Origin: Lingula anatina | Lineage: Eukaryota; Animalia; Brachiopoda | Assembly (NCBI GenBank): GCA_051362555.1 | Contig: CM120644.1 | Coordinates: 3,480,954-3,544,953, forward strand | Direction: 5' to 3' | Length of the DNA: 64,000 nucleotides | Shown: positions 50,285 through 62,257 of the stretch, one piece after another | How the letters are laid out: each line of letters begins with the position of its first letter | Numbering within the stretch: the stretch's first letter is position 1 | Made by a program: the position numbers and the translations under genes | The notes under the pieces: generated by a model | Database searches by the model: none | Told to the model about the DNA's origin: nothing | What the model saw: the letters and a program-made list of their open reading frames with translations, nothing else

Positions 50285-51228
50285 GTGTTGTTGACACGAC
50301 GAGAGAGCCTGCACCTTACAAACTCCCGGATAAACCCCTGACGTTATGGGACCTTCCTGGCGTTGGCACAGCATCTTTTCCAAAAGAAACGTATCTACGA
50401 CAAATCAAATTTCGTAGATATGAATTCTTTATTATCGCTTCAAGCACACGTTTTTCGAAAAACGACTTGTGGCTGGCAAAGGCCATTCCACAAGAGAACA
50501 AGAAGTTTTACTTCGTCAGGTCAAAGATTGACATCGATATTTACAACAGCAGACGACAGCGTGTCTCTTCAGAAGAGGTTCTGCGCCGAGTATACGACAA
50601 CTGCCACGAGACGCTCAGTCGAGGAGGGTTTGCAAATGTTCCTGTTTTTCTTATATCAAATTACGACCCAAACGATTGGGATTTTCAGAAACTTATGCGC
50701 CAACTCATCGATGACGTCCCAGAAAAGAAACGTGAAGCTCTGGTCCTCTCTATAGCAGCTACTGGCGAAGAAGCAATCCGCGCCAAAAGAGAAGCGTTGG
50801 AGAATCGTATCTGGGTAGCCTCAGGCTTGGCTTCTGGTGGTGTTCTTGTTCCGGTACCAGGAACAAGCATTGCTGCAAATTTTGCTGTATTGATGTACGA
50901 AGTTAGCTTCTACGAGGAGCAATTTGGACTGAACCAACATTTAAAGTCAGATCTTTTCTTTAAAGGGGGGTGCCTAAGAGGGACCACGCTCTCGAGATTA
51001 GCGACCAAGAAAGGAATAACAGAGTTGATCAAAAAGATTGTCATTAATAAGGGCCCTCAAACTCTCTTCGCAGAGGCTGCGCGATGGATCCCCCTCGCTG
51101 GCACAGCCGTGTCTGCAGGAATTACTTTCGCAACCACCTACCACGCCCTGCACTGTATACTGGACACATTTGAGCAAGAGGCCCTGAATAACCTGATGAC
51201 GAAAACTGCCTTCCATGGTGAATTATAG
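50285..51228 (+). CDS. IRG/IIGP-family GTPase, terminal exon B (paralog of 41322-42271)
   Basis: Acceptor aacag|GT in phase 1; reads (G)VVDTT..WDLPG..FYFVRSKID..FLISN..VPVPG..QFGLN with no stop until TAG at 51226-51228. Confidence 0.9.
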
Positions 51229-52074
51229 GAAACTTTTCAAGAGAAATTATTTTCCTGAATAGATTATCCTGAAATTTACGTTATTTAGACATTCTCTTGT
51301 GCAAACGTAAGAGGCGTTTAATACCGCACTATTTGTGCGGATTAGAATATCGTTATAATTTTCATTATCATTTAAAGCGTAAGAATTACATCAAATGACC
51401 AGGGTGTAGTTACAATAAGTATAGCTTGAGAATGTTAAAATAATATGAATAACGTTGACATATCCTATAGTAGTGATTATGAAAATATAAATAAATAAGC
51501 CCGAGACGTGTCTAAACCTTTATCAGTAGTTTTATGTCACACATTGTGGTCTCTAAATTTGAACAGTCTTAAACGAGTATCAAAATATTCAAAATAATTA
51601 AATATCCATTTATAAAAAAATAACTAATTTTATGCAGTGATTAGTGATGTGCTAGAAATATACTGTGTGGTTGTCTACTTTTTACCATGATCAAATGTTT
51701 TACTTCTACATTGCCTCGTTTTAATGCGCTTTGTGATTTAGCATTTTCATTGTAATTTTTCCAATAAATGCTCTTTGAACATTAATGGCAATTTGCGTGG
51801 GGTGTTAGATTGCACTGCCTCAGTTGGATTAAAGCCTTCTTGTAGTATAAATAAGGGATAAGTTTAGTGACTAGTAATACAATGTGAGATGTTTTAAAAA
51901 ATCAAAATCTATTTGTCCTTCTTGTCACTGAAATTGCCGAAGAAACGTGCATTTTTACACATAAGTATATCAGAGGAAAATGTCCATGCCGACAAAGTAA
52001 ATTATATTTTATCCAGAAACCCACTTTCGTCATCATCTGCGACATGAAAAGATGCTACAGCAAGTATAATTTAC

Positions 52075-52326
52075 CTGTAAACACCAGGTTTACTTCTTTT
52101 CTGTCCTGTGAGAAAACCTTGGTACCAAACCATCTAGTACAGCTTTCTTTCTTATCAAACGTATTCATTGTCATGGTTACCATAAAACTGGATTTCTGAT
52201 CAATTCTGTAGAACCCGGGAGGCTGGAAACCTTTACGCTGATGTTCCCGAAATGTGAATTCACGTATTTGTAATTGTAAGGGACGCGGCTGGTCCACTTG
52301 GTATGTCCCACGCCCGTAAGTGTAGA
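52075..52326 (-). CDS. Candidate internal exon (84 codons, unknown domain), possibly of the EGF gene
   Basis: ctag|TC acceptor, ACAG|gtaaat donor, 252 nt, open frame, phase 1-1 matching the EGF exons: YTYGRGTYQVDQPRPLQLQIREFTF...VNLVFTG. Confidence 0.5.
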
Positions 52327-53467
52327 CTAGATAATACCGTTTTATATTAATAGACTAGATAATATCTTTAGTTTATAGGTAATATTTAATAAGACATGTC
52401 ATATACAGCTGGGTACAAATCGGACTGGGGGTAGGTAGATTAGGCACTTAGGATTTTGTTGGTCTGGTTGACCATTTCAAAGTATGGAATGCATTGGTAA
52501 TCGACACCTAGGCTTGCAGAGGCAGTCTCACATAAAATTTTGATAGCAACTGGCGAATAAAATTGTTGTGAGGTATTTTTCAACCTCCACAATTCCACAT
52601 TGTTCAATCTAACAACGAAAGTAAGTTGGTAAATCAGCCGAATGTTTAGTCACGTGCACATAATTCCCTCGTTTACCTTTACGACGCAGTGTTCATTGTA
52701 GCTGTTGTGGAACTTAACGCCGTGCATATCGCTGAATATTAAGAAATTACCGCGAAAAGTAAAAAAAATGTGTATCTTTTTGAGTCTTTTAGGTAGAAAT
52801 AAATGTTAGAGTAATTCGTTGCTTTTAAAGATAAAAATAACTGAGTTCTGATAATAGCCCAAGTTTCTCAATGTGTGATATGGCAATTAAGCCATTTACC
52901 ATATTGACAATATGGGAACATTAAAAAGTATCGCACGCAATGCCAAGAATGTTTTATTTTCACCTCTGCTATCGACATTGATAAAGTAAATTCAAAGTTT
53001 TTCAACGCTTTTCTTAATTAATCTTTTATTAATCTCTGATCCTAAGGCATTCATTAAGCTCTCGTTTCCTCCAAGAAATATTTCTTCTTTAGCAGATTAT
53101 AGTTGATATGGACGATTACGTGGTCGAAACTATGAAAAGAAAAATATGTTTATGAACAAAACATATAGAAAAATTAAGCATTATAACACACATGCCTGGA
53201 CAAGAAGAGCACGAGTGAGTACTTATAAGAAACCAAGACAGTCCCTTCAAAAAAGTCAAATTAGCCTTATTAGCGCAATAGAGGGCTATCTATTGGTTAG
53301 GAGGTATAAATTGTTTGGTCATGAAAAAGAGTTATTTTTTAACAATGTTTATTCATAAGAAATGGAGGCAAAGCGCTAAAAGCATTACATGCTCTCCATG
53401 TAAAACAAAATAAAATAAGTAAATGAATAAAACAAATGGATATACACAAGAAACAACAGAATATACG

Positions 53468-53488
53468 TATATATATATATATAAATTT

Positions 53489-53535
<47 letters not shown>
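53468..53535. repeat. (TA)n and (GA)n microsatellites
   Basis: Direct reading. Confidence 0.97.
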
Positions 53536-53538
<3 letters not shown>

Positions 53539-53699
53539 AAGCAGGTCATAACTAGTTAACGTACACAACTAAATACAAACATAAGAGATCAGTATTGGAC
53601 CACAAAAGTTACCAGAAATAATTAAATACAGAAAGAAAGAAAATAAAGGGGAGAAGAAAAGGATCGTAACTAATTTACGTATACAACACAACTATATAC

Positions 53700-54720
53700 A
53701 ATTTGGATTACATTAATAACAAAGAAAATTACATGAAATCATAAAATGAAATCAGTGAGGTCAAGTAGAGAAAAGATAGTGCTTATTAAGTGATGTCAAG
53801 GTTTTCGAGTAGAAAATTTGCAATGGTTTCGAAGATCATTTCATTTTGGGAAGTTGATAAAGATCCATGGCCATAGAGAAGGAATGACAACTTTTCTTTT
53901 TGTGTTTTAAAAGAGGTCTTACGTTCATGTAGTATTACATTTATTTTTTTGGTAAAAGGGCGGGCACCTTAAATTGAGGGAGGGGCATCTGAAAAAGAAA
54001 TGCAGAGGAGTATCAAGGGCACCACAGGTACAGTGAGGTGTGTCGATAGTAGTCCAATTATGCCTAAACAATTCTGCTCTAAATAAACACCCGACCCTCG
54101 CTCTGTTAAGAATTTTTTCTTGATTTCTGTCTTAGTTTAGTGTTGTTGTTGAAAGCGATCCAGCAACGAGGTGATTTTTTATGGAGTTCTTGAAAGATGA
54201 GATTCGAGGTAAAGATTTAGTTGGGGAGGAGAGTTGATCCCATGAAGACATTAGGAAATAGTTAACTGAGGTATGGGGGTATTTTGGAGGAAGTTTAAAG
54301 TCTCTTTTGTTATTTTCTAGGGTTATGTTTGGAAAAGGGTTTCTGAATGAGTGGAATATATCAGAAACATAGGGGGGACCATATTCGCCATAACTGAAAA
54401 CATAATTTTTTGAGCATGCATTTTTCTTCTATCAAATAGATAAATCCAATTAAGTTGTTCAAATATTTTGGAGGTTCAAGAGTTAGGTAAGGCTCCCAGT
54501 ATTATTATGCCGGTTGGTATTGAAGAGAAGATAGTTTCCATAATTTCTTCTGGAATGAGTTGTGATAGAAGATGTCACAGTAATCAAATTGTGATTGGAA
54601 AAAGAGTTATGCTTTCTACTGAAAACTTAAGAAAATTGTTAACAGAGCTGATTTTTTTTTTGAAAAAGTATAATTCATTTAGCAAAATCTGTCAACATAA
54701 TTTACACTTGCAAAGATGAA
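53700..54720 (-). mobile_element. CR1-group LINE 3' fragment, decayed
   Basis: The minus strand reads SWDQLS..SSFKNSIK, ILNRARVG..LFRH..PHCTCGALDTPLHFFFRCP and FLLYGHGSLSTSQNEMIF. Clade is by resemblance. Confidence 0.7.
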
Positions 54721-54943
54721 AATGGTATGAAGTGATATTGAGGGACAACTGATAGACTATAGTAGGAACATTGCTAACGAATGCTATAAAATAAAACGTA
54801 CCTGCTGGGTCAAATGATCGTAGGATGATGTTTTTTCCCAGATGAAATCTTTATTTCTATTATTTTTTGACATTACAAGAAAGGTGTTATGTACATTTTT
54901 AAACCAATAGTTAGGTATCCAGTCTTTAACAGGCAAAACTCAC

Positions 54944-55060
54944 CGTCTTGGCAAAGTGATCCGGCATATCCTGTTTGGCAGCGACACTTAAATTTGCTTC
55001 CAGACCCAGTTACCTCAATCCGACATTCCCCATTACTGCAAGGGTTAGGGTGGCAAGTAG
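54944..55060 (-). CDS. EGF-like domain exon
   Basis: 117 nt, phase 1-1, tcaag| acceptor and |gtgagt donor: TCHPNPCSNGECRIEVTGSGSKFKCRCQTGYAGSLCQD. Confidence 0.92.
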
Positions 55061-55544
55061 CTTGACAGACATTTTGCATAATTAATATATTACATGTTCC
55101 ACAATTTTACTATCTCAATTTGCATAGTTAACATCTATGAACCCCAGATAACCTCATTAATAACTGTAATCTTACTTTTAATATACATACTTAGTTTGAA
55201 ATAGACTTAATTATTTGCCCCACACGTTGCTTTATTTTAAAGAAAACATGGAACTTGGCATCTGTACTGTCCACACCAAAGCTCCTCACAGTAGTTTTTA
55301 ATCAACTTAACCAGGGTAATCACATGGCTTACATTATATCATTTAATCTATGAAATATATAACTTGTACATGCACCATCGGTATTAAAAGGAAATTTTGC
55401 TCCCGGCTTATTTTATGGTAAGTGCTTAGCTGGGTCAAATGTTTTTATAAGTTGTAGTCTTTTTTCTATTTCTTTTCTACATTGCAACCCATAAATATTT
55501 GCTTCTACCTATATTCTTAATCATCTATCAACAGAAAAGCTTAC

Positions 55545-55664
55545 CTCTCTCGCATGTGCGTCCTGTATATCCATTTCGGCATTTACAATTAAAACTGTAA
55601 CCATTTCTAATGCGCAGATATTCACATATCCCACCATTACGGCAAGGGTTAGGGATGCAGTCAT
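55545..55664 (-). CDS. EGF-like domain exon
   Basis: 120 nt, phase 1-1, tttaag| and |gtaagc: [39 protein letters not shown]. Confidence 0.92.
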
Positions 55665-57251
55665 CTTAAAAAATTGTGCATAACTAACACGTTAGACAAA
55701 TTTTCTCTCTCAACTTGCATATTCAATACGTAGGAAATATAACTATTTGAGTTAATTTCCCTATAATAATGTACATGCACTTCACAACTGTAATACTACT
55801 TTTCATGTACAGGCACAGTGTGAAAATCAGCTTGATCTGTCTATTTTTGCAGACGTTCTCCTGTTTTCCAGTTATATTACACAAGGTGTAAAGTATAGTA
55901 TTGTAAATTTACCACTCTTATGTGTACAAAATATTAAATCTTAATCTTCAAATAATTACAATCATATCTTCTCATTTCACACTCCAATAGCATAATTTAT
56001 CACACACACACTGGTGTTTTTTTTATTTGAATGACTCTAATGGGTACAAGATTATATACAAGATTTTTAAAAGAGCATAATAAAACAACTACAACTAATA
56101 GTACGACGTCACTTTAAAATAATGCAAAAATAAGATAAGTTTTAATGTAAAAGGAAAATGATTTTCCCTTTCCAGTAAAAAATTACCATTTTCCGATCAA
56201 AAGCTAAACATTGGTACTCTTCTGTTCATTTTAAAAGTATGTGAGTATTTTTCTTTTCAAGTCAAATTTTTCAACCATAATATTGCAGTGTTTTTTATGT
56301 TTTTAAATTGATTATTTTTTCTCCTTCAGATAAAGCAGCTTTGTTTTCAATGGAAAATGGAAAAAATACTCTTCATTACAAAGTGGAAATTTAAAAGCTT
56401 TCTCCTATTCAATGCTACACATGGCTGTTTTTTCTGTCCATCTTTGAAAACCAGTGTTTTCATTGTTGTTTGAATCATCTTTAGACATATTATATTTTAA
56501 ACGTACCTGTATAATAGCCATGCTTTCGGCTAGCCTGCCTTCTTTAGGGACAGACATAACTTTTGATCCTTATACACGAGATCTACTTGATTTATAATTA
56601 GCATTGTCCAAATTGAAAAAGAAATGTAAATGTGTTTGAAAATCAGAACTTTTTCTGATGAAAATGACAACGTAACAGGTTTTTTTTTTTTTGGCTGTAT
56701 ATCGCGTTTAAGGATTTTAGCTTCTGTCTGCTCAGTCATGTTACAAGAAAGAATAGATAAGATGTTTAAAATGTACAATTTTTCATGATTTTCAATGTAA
56801 AATTCAAAAGTAATTTTCTCCTGGAATACAAGAAATCACACCTTTTTTCTCTTTTAAGTTAAACGGTAGAGTATTCTTCTTTAAAGCTAATTAGTGCAGT
56901 ATTTTTTTCTGTTCATCTTTGAAATTATGTCTATCTTGAAAAATCAGTGTTTTTCTTGTTGAAATGAAACACCAATGTGTAATATGTAGAAATATATTTT
57001 TTCTTTAGTGCAAGAAACAACAGTTTTTTGGCTGTTCAAAGGTATTTTTTTCTGTTCATCTTTGAAAATCAATAGGTTTCATGGTGAAAATGAAAACTTA
57101 AAGAGTTTTTTTTGCAGTAGATCGCGTTTAAGGATTGTAGCTTTTGTTTGCTCAGTCATGAATGGAAGTATTTTGTATGAGTATTCTCAAATACAGTATT
57201 GAAGCAACGTGATGACCTTTAAATGTAAAAACATTTCTGTGCTCAATAAAC

Positions 57252-57290
<39 letters not shown>

Positions 57291-57559
57291 AAATTTAGCA
57301 ACATGAAAGTGTAAATGTTAGGATGGGAATGCAACAATGATAAAAATGTAAAGCTTAGAAAATAATAAGTAAAACAGTTTTCCCTTCATAACTATTTTTG
57401 GTGGCAGTGCACAAAATATGTGTAGCTCTGAAATTACCCAAGAGACAATGAAATGTACTAATCAGCCCTTGTGTTCATCTATCTCAAACTAGGGTTCTCT
57501 GCTTCATGTGTTATTTGCATGGCATATAGTCTGATTTTTAAACCTGGCCTACTTTTAGT

Positions 57560-58160
57560 AATTTACTTTAGTCCTGTAAGTGTGAAGACAAAAGTTCAAA
57601 ATGCATTGCACCCAATGCATTACCAGTGCTGCCATTAGTATAATATACGCTGAAGAAATTTAAAAAAATCAACCAAGCTGTAAGTTTGAGATTCACTGGT
57701 AACATGGTTTTCCTTTAATGGTTGTTACAGCATCAGTGTCAAAAATAGGTTTTTCTTCAACTTTGTTGCAATAGGCCATAATGCTCAACAACATCATCAC
57801 CATCTATTTATAATATAACATAAGTGTAATGGATATTTAGAAAATGTGACTAGCATTCAGGCCCATAGAAGATCAATGTCACAAATTAAATATGTCGTGA
57901 TATGATAAATGAACATTTCACAAAATTGCAGAACTTACCAAAATAATAAATAAATAAATAAATAAATAATAAAGGCATAATTTCACGAGGGCTGCTCGGA
58001 ACAAGCAGACCTGACCTGTATTATAGTAATATTGGTCACAGCTGTAATTTTGAAGTCAATAGGCCTATTGGTTATCCTTGAATTCTGTGTTATCTGTATT
58101 GCATATAGTATAATGTATGGTGAAAAAAATACAGCATGCCTTTTTGAAAAATGGCCCTAT
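57560..58160 (+). repeat. Intronic duplication (second copy at about 63090-63660)
   Basis: GTCCT.TAAGTGTGAAGACAAAAGTTCAA...AAAAATGGCCCTATCAA is collinear in both places. Confidence 0.9.
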
Positions 58161-58179
58161 CAAGCATACCCAAAATCAT

Positions 58180-58800
58180 CATTTAAAACCGACAAGATAT
58201 TTCTATGAAAAGTACCTACAAGAACTCAAAAAATTCCAAAAAGAGCAACAGGTAAATGGCACACAGACAACAAAGAAATAATGGAAGAAGAAAATTGGCA
58301 CTTAATATATAAACCTGTCTTCAGCGAAACAGATGACAACGAATTACAAAATCACAATTTTAATCTTAAAAGAATAAATCACAGGACTTTTAGCACAAAT
58401 GCATACTTTATGAAAATAAAAAGGAATCCCAACAATGCGAGTTTCGTGGCATTGCCAAAGAAACACTAGTCCATGTATTTTGGGAATGTCCAAACGTGCA
58501 AAACATCTGGACATTCTTAGTAAAAACGTGAGAGAAAATATGAATATCAATATTGAGAGGAATCCAAAAGTATTTGTATTTGGCCTTGTTAAAAATTATA
58601 ATGTAGAAGGACTATATCTACTTATGCTTAATATATAAGCATACGAAGGTCTAGGTCTAGGTCCAAAATCCCTACTTGTTTTGGTTTAAAACAATACACC
58701 CAATACTACAGAAATATATGCAAATGTTCCATCTATTTGTACTCGAAAAGGAAATAATCTTTTTTTCTGACTTACATGGCTAAACATTGATACAGGGTCA
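58180..58800 (+). mobile_element. L1/Tx1-clade LINE 3' fragment
   Basis: W.LIYK..FSET...LQ..NF..INHR..STN followed by a decayed C..C...ET..H.FWEC knuckle, paralleling 10250-10440. Confidence 0.65.
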
Positions 58801-59077
58801 AATATTTAATACATATAAACTAGTAAACAAACGCCTTATGAATGTAGGAGACTCTTATCTCTCTTATTAATTAACGGCAGAAACCGTGTGAAGCCGTTGA
58901 AGTGGTGGCACAATATAAACTGTTTTTTTCGTGTTCATGCTAATTGAAGAACTATATCCATTCTATGCTTGGTTTGAAAATGATGTAAAGTGTGTGTATA
59001 CTCTTAGTCTAGTAATTAGGTATTTTTACTTTTCCGCGGGTAGTTATGTTAGTTTGAATAGCAGTGGGTACAGTTGT

Positions 59078-59081
<4 letters not shown>

Positions 59082-59147
<66 letters not shown>
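59082..59147. repeat. (TA)n microsatellite
   Basis: Direct reading. Confidence 0.98.
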
Positions 59148-59156
<9 letters not shown>

Positions 59157-59321
59157 TTGTTAAAAAAGGTTTCGATTTTCAAACTTTGTTTATCGCCTTC
59201 TCAACCATCTTACTTTCATTGTGTTATTACTATTACTATTAGTAAAGTATTATTACTGTAAGATATTTTCTGTGTATTTGTGTACACTTGTGTATTGGGG
59301 AGCAAATGAGGGAATATGAAT

Positions 59322-59355
<34 letters not shown>

Positions 59356-59745
59356 ATAAGAGGGGTTTCTTTACATTACTCTTTGTTCTATCTGTATTTT
59401 CACACTGTGCATATCTCTATTTATTTAATTTATTTACTTCAATAAAATATAAAAACTGCAAATTAGCTTTATCTTTGCATCAGTCTGTACATTTGGCACC
59501 TTTTTGGCCTTGTGTTATAATGCATTATAGATACCATGGGTATTTGGAAAATCTAAAATGCATATGGCTTCAGGCCTATAGCAGATCAATTCCTCAATGC
59601 CAAAATGTGAAAATGAACATATGACATATTTCATCACCTTAACAATAATTTTCCAATTAGGACGGCTTAAGATCTCGGCTTGTTTTGTTCTAATGTTTAC
59701 TCATATTTATCAGTTCTAGTATTTTAAAGACTATAGGCCAAACTG

Positions 59746-60013
59746 GCCCCAGTTTCATAAAGGATGTTTAGCACTAACCAATGTTTAAGTCCAACCAGTG
59801 GATAAATTCTCCTAACGCCCGTTTACTGAAAGATGATTAAAATTGTGTTTCATAAACAGTGTTTATACAGCCGGTTAGTTAACTGGATAAAATATTTAAA
59901 GGTCAGTTTATGAAGCACAATTTCAACCGTTGTTTAGTTAACGGGCGTTAGGATAATTTATTCACTGGACCTAAACACTGCTTAGTGCTAAACGTCCTTT
60001 ATGAAACTGGACC
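59746..60013. mobile_element. Palindromic PIF/Harbinger-type MITE
   Basis: TIRs CCAGTTTCATAAAGGATGTTTAGCACTAA / TTAGTGCTAAACGTCCTTTATGAAACTGG, further internal complementarity, and a 3-bp CTG TSD. Confidence 0.85.
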
Positions 60014-60441
60014 CTGTTTGTTCAGTAAATGTGTTATCTGTGTTGCAATATTCTAAAAACAGCATAACTTATAAAAAGTGGTGCGAACAAGTTAATTTTA
60101 ACTTCACCTGTATTTTACTAATATTCACCAGTCCTGTAGGTTTGAAGACAACAGGTTATATCGTGGTATCTTTGTAAGTGTAAAGTTACAGCAGTGGTGA
60201 TAGATCGCAGATGATAACCATATGTAAAGACACCATGTCCCTTTACATAATAATGCTTTAACAGGCATTTACAAAACATACAGCTATTTAATCAAATTGT
60301 CAGTATGAAATCACCAATCCTAATTACACGGTATTTATTTGAATTAGTTAATAAATGAATGACAAATTTGTATGAGGTTCTCTTAGTTACAATCCCAATT
60401 TCTGGCCCTATCAATCCTCTGACTAAAACTATAAGACTCAC

Positions 60442-60579
60442 CGGTACAATGTATTCCGTCCCCACTGTAAGGATAGTTACATTCACATTGGTAGCCATAA
60501 TCCCAATTGCATGCCTCATTATGCCAAGGTAGTATTTCCCCTCTGCTTGAGAAGCATGCAGCTTTTTCCCCACACCACG
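60442..60579 (-). CDS. Atypical EGF-like domain exon
   Basis: 138 nt, phase 1-1, tttacag| and |gtgagt: WCGEKAACFSSRGEILPWHNEACNWDYGYQCECNYPYSGDGIHCT. Confidence 0.85.
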
Positions 60580-61306
60580 CTGTAAACAAGTTAATGAAAA
60601 AAAAAAAAAAACAAACAAACAAACAAACAAAACATGTAACAGGGCATCTGCGCAAGCAAAAATCCACACATTAGCTTTTAATAAACTTAACCAGGTCCAT
60701 CAAGCGGCTTCCTTTATTTACATGATAACAGTTATCATTTCAAATATGTACATGCAACGACGGTATTAAAGGGGAATTAAGTCTGATTCCGTTATGGTAG
60801 TAGCCATGGTTATGGATAAATGCTACTAAATGAACAATATCAGCTGGACCAATGATCGTAATTTTTCAGTAATCTTTCTTTCTGTTATTTTTTCCATATT
60901 ACAGCCAAGAACTATTTGGTGTTATCTAAATTCTTGACCAATAGTCAGGTATCAAGTCTTTAACGGTCAAAGGTTAACTATCTGGCATCCGAGTCAAGTA
61001 AATCATGTAAAGTAGGAATCTCATACGACCAGTTGTTATACATTTCATAATTTGAAATATGCTACTTGTAAATGTATCATCGGTATTAAAGGGAAATTCT
61101 GCTTCCAGTTTCCTTTTGGAAAAAAACATTGGCAATGGATGAATGCTACTAAACGAAGCATATCAGCTAGTTCACCTGATCGTGTTGTCAATTTTGTCAG
61201 TTGTATTTTCCATCTTCTCACATTACAACCTAGAACTATTTGTTGTTATCAACATTCTTTAACCAATAGCCAACTATTCAGTCTTTAACGGGCGATCGAA
61301 GCTTAC

Positions 61307-61417
61307 CTATCTGGCATCTGAGTCCGGAATATCCATAGGGACAGAGACACTGAAAACTTTCTGTTCCCTGAGAAACAAATGTCCCATCATGAAGGCAAGG
61401 GTTGGTGTAGCATATGG
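61307..61417 (-). CDS. EGF-like domain exon lacking the third Cys
   Basis: 111 nt, phase 1-1, tttaag| and |gtaagc: ICYTNPCLHDGTFVSQGTESFQCLCPYGYSGLRCQI. Confidence 0.82.
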   Translation of the reverse strand, partial: PYATPTLAFMMGHLFLREQKVFSVSVPMDIPDSDAR

Positions 61418-61714
61418 CTTAAAAGAAATCGTGCATAATTAACCGGTGACAGGTTAGACAATTCTGCTCTCTCAGTTTGCAAAGCTAATATGTATTAATT
61501 TTTTCATTTCACTTCCCCCTAGATAATGTACTTTGCAATTGTTACCTTACAGTTTATGTACAGACACACTGTAAAAATACGCTTGATCAGAAAGCATGTA
61601 ACTTGACATCTGCCCACACCAAAATTCATCATACTATCTTTAAAACAATTTAACCAGGGTCATCATATTGCTTACATGATATTACTTAAAAGGATACCAA
61701 CTGTTCGTTTTGGA

Positions 61715-61770
<56 letters not shown>

Positions 61771-62200
61771 GGATTTTTAGGGTGTCGATGATTTGCCCAT
61801 ACTTGCCAATTGTTAATCAATCCTTCCCAATAGTCAAAGTTAGTGCATTTTTTAAATGAAGTTTTGTGTTTGTAATAATCTCTCAAGATGCATATGATAT
61901 CGCAGTGGTATAGCCATTTATGAAGGTACACGTGGTCTGATGACAAGCAAATATTCCAGAATAATTGAGACAATTGTGAAATTGGTGGCAAAATGGAATT
62001 TATTATATTTCTGTCATTTGTGTACAATATATAATATGAAATCTCATTTTGTCTTCTCAGTTTGCTCAGTCATAAATGGAATCATTAAGTATTGTGTGTA
62101 TTCAAATAATGTGTTTGAGTTTTCTCAAATACAGCATGAAAGTAACGTGAAAGCCTTTTTTAAAAATGTAAAATTGTAAGAACATTTCTGTGCTCGATAA

Positions 62201-62202
<2 letters not shown>

Positions 62203-62255
<53 letters not shown>
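62203..62255. repeat. (ATT)n microsatellite
   Basis: Direct reading; a paralogous tract lies at about 57252-57288. Confidence 0.97.

Positions 62256-62257
<2 letters not shown>

Noticed and set aside
49660-50294. ORFs rich in HT or CV repeats
   Set aside because: They are translations of the CA microsatellite tract.
56505-56550. Micro-exon ending TATACAG|gtacgt on the minus strand
   Set aside because: The open readings I tried do not keep the 1-1 phase of the EGF exons and match no domain.
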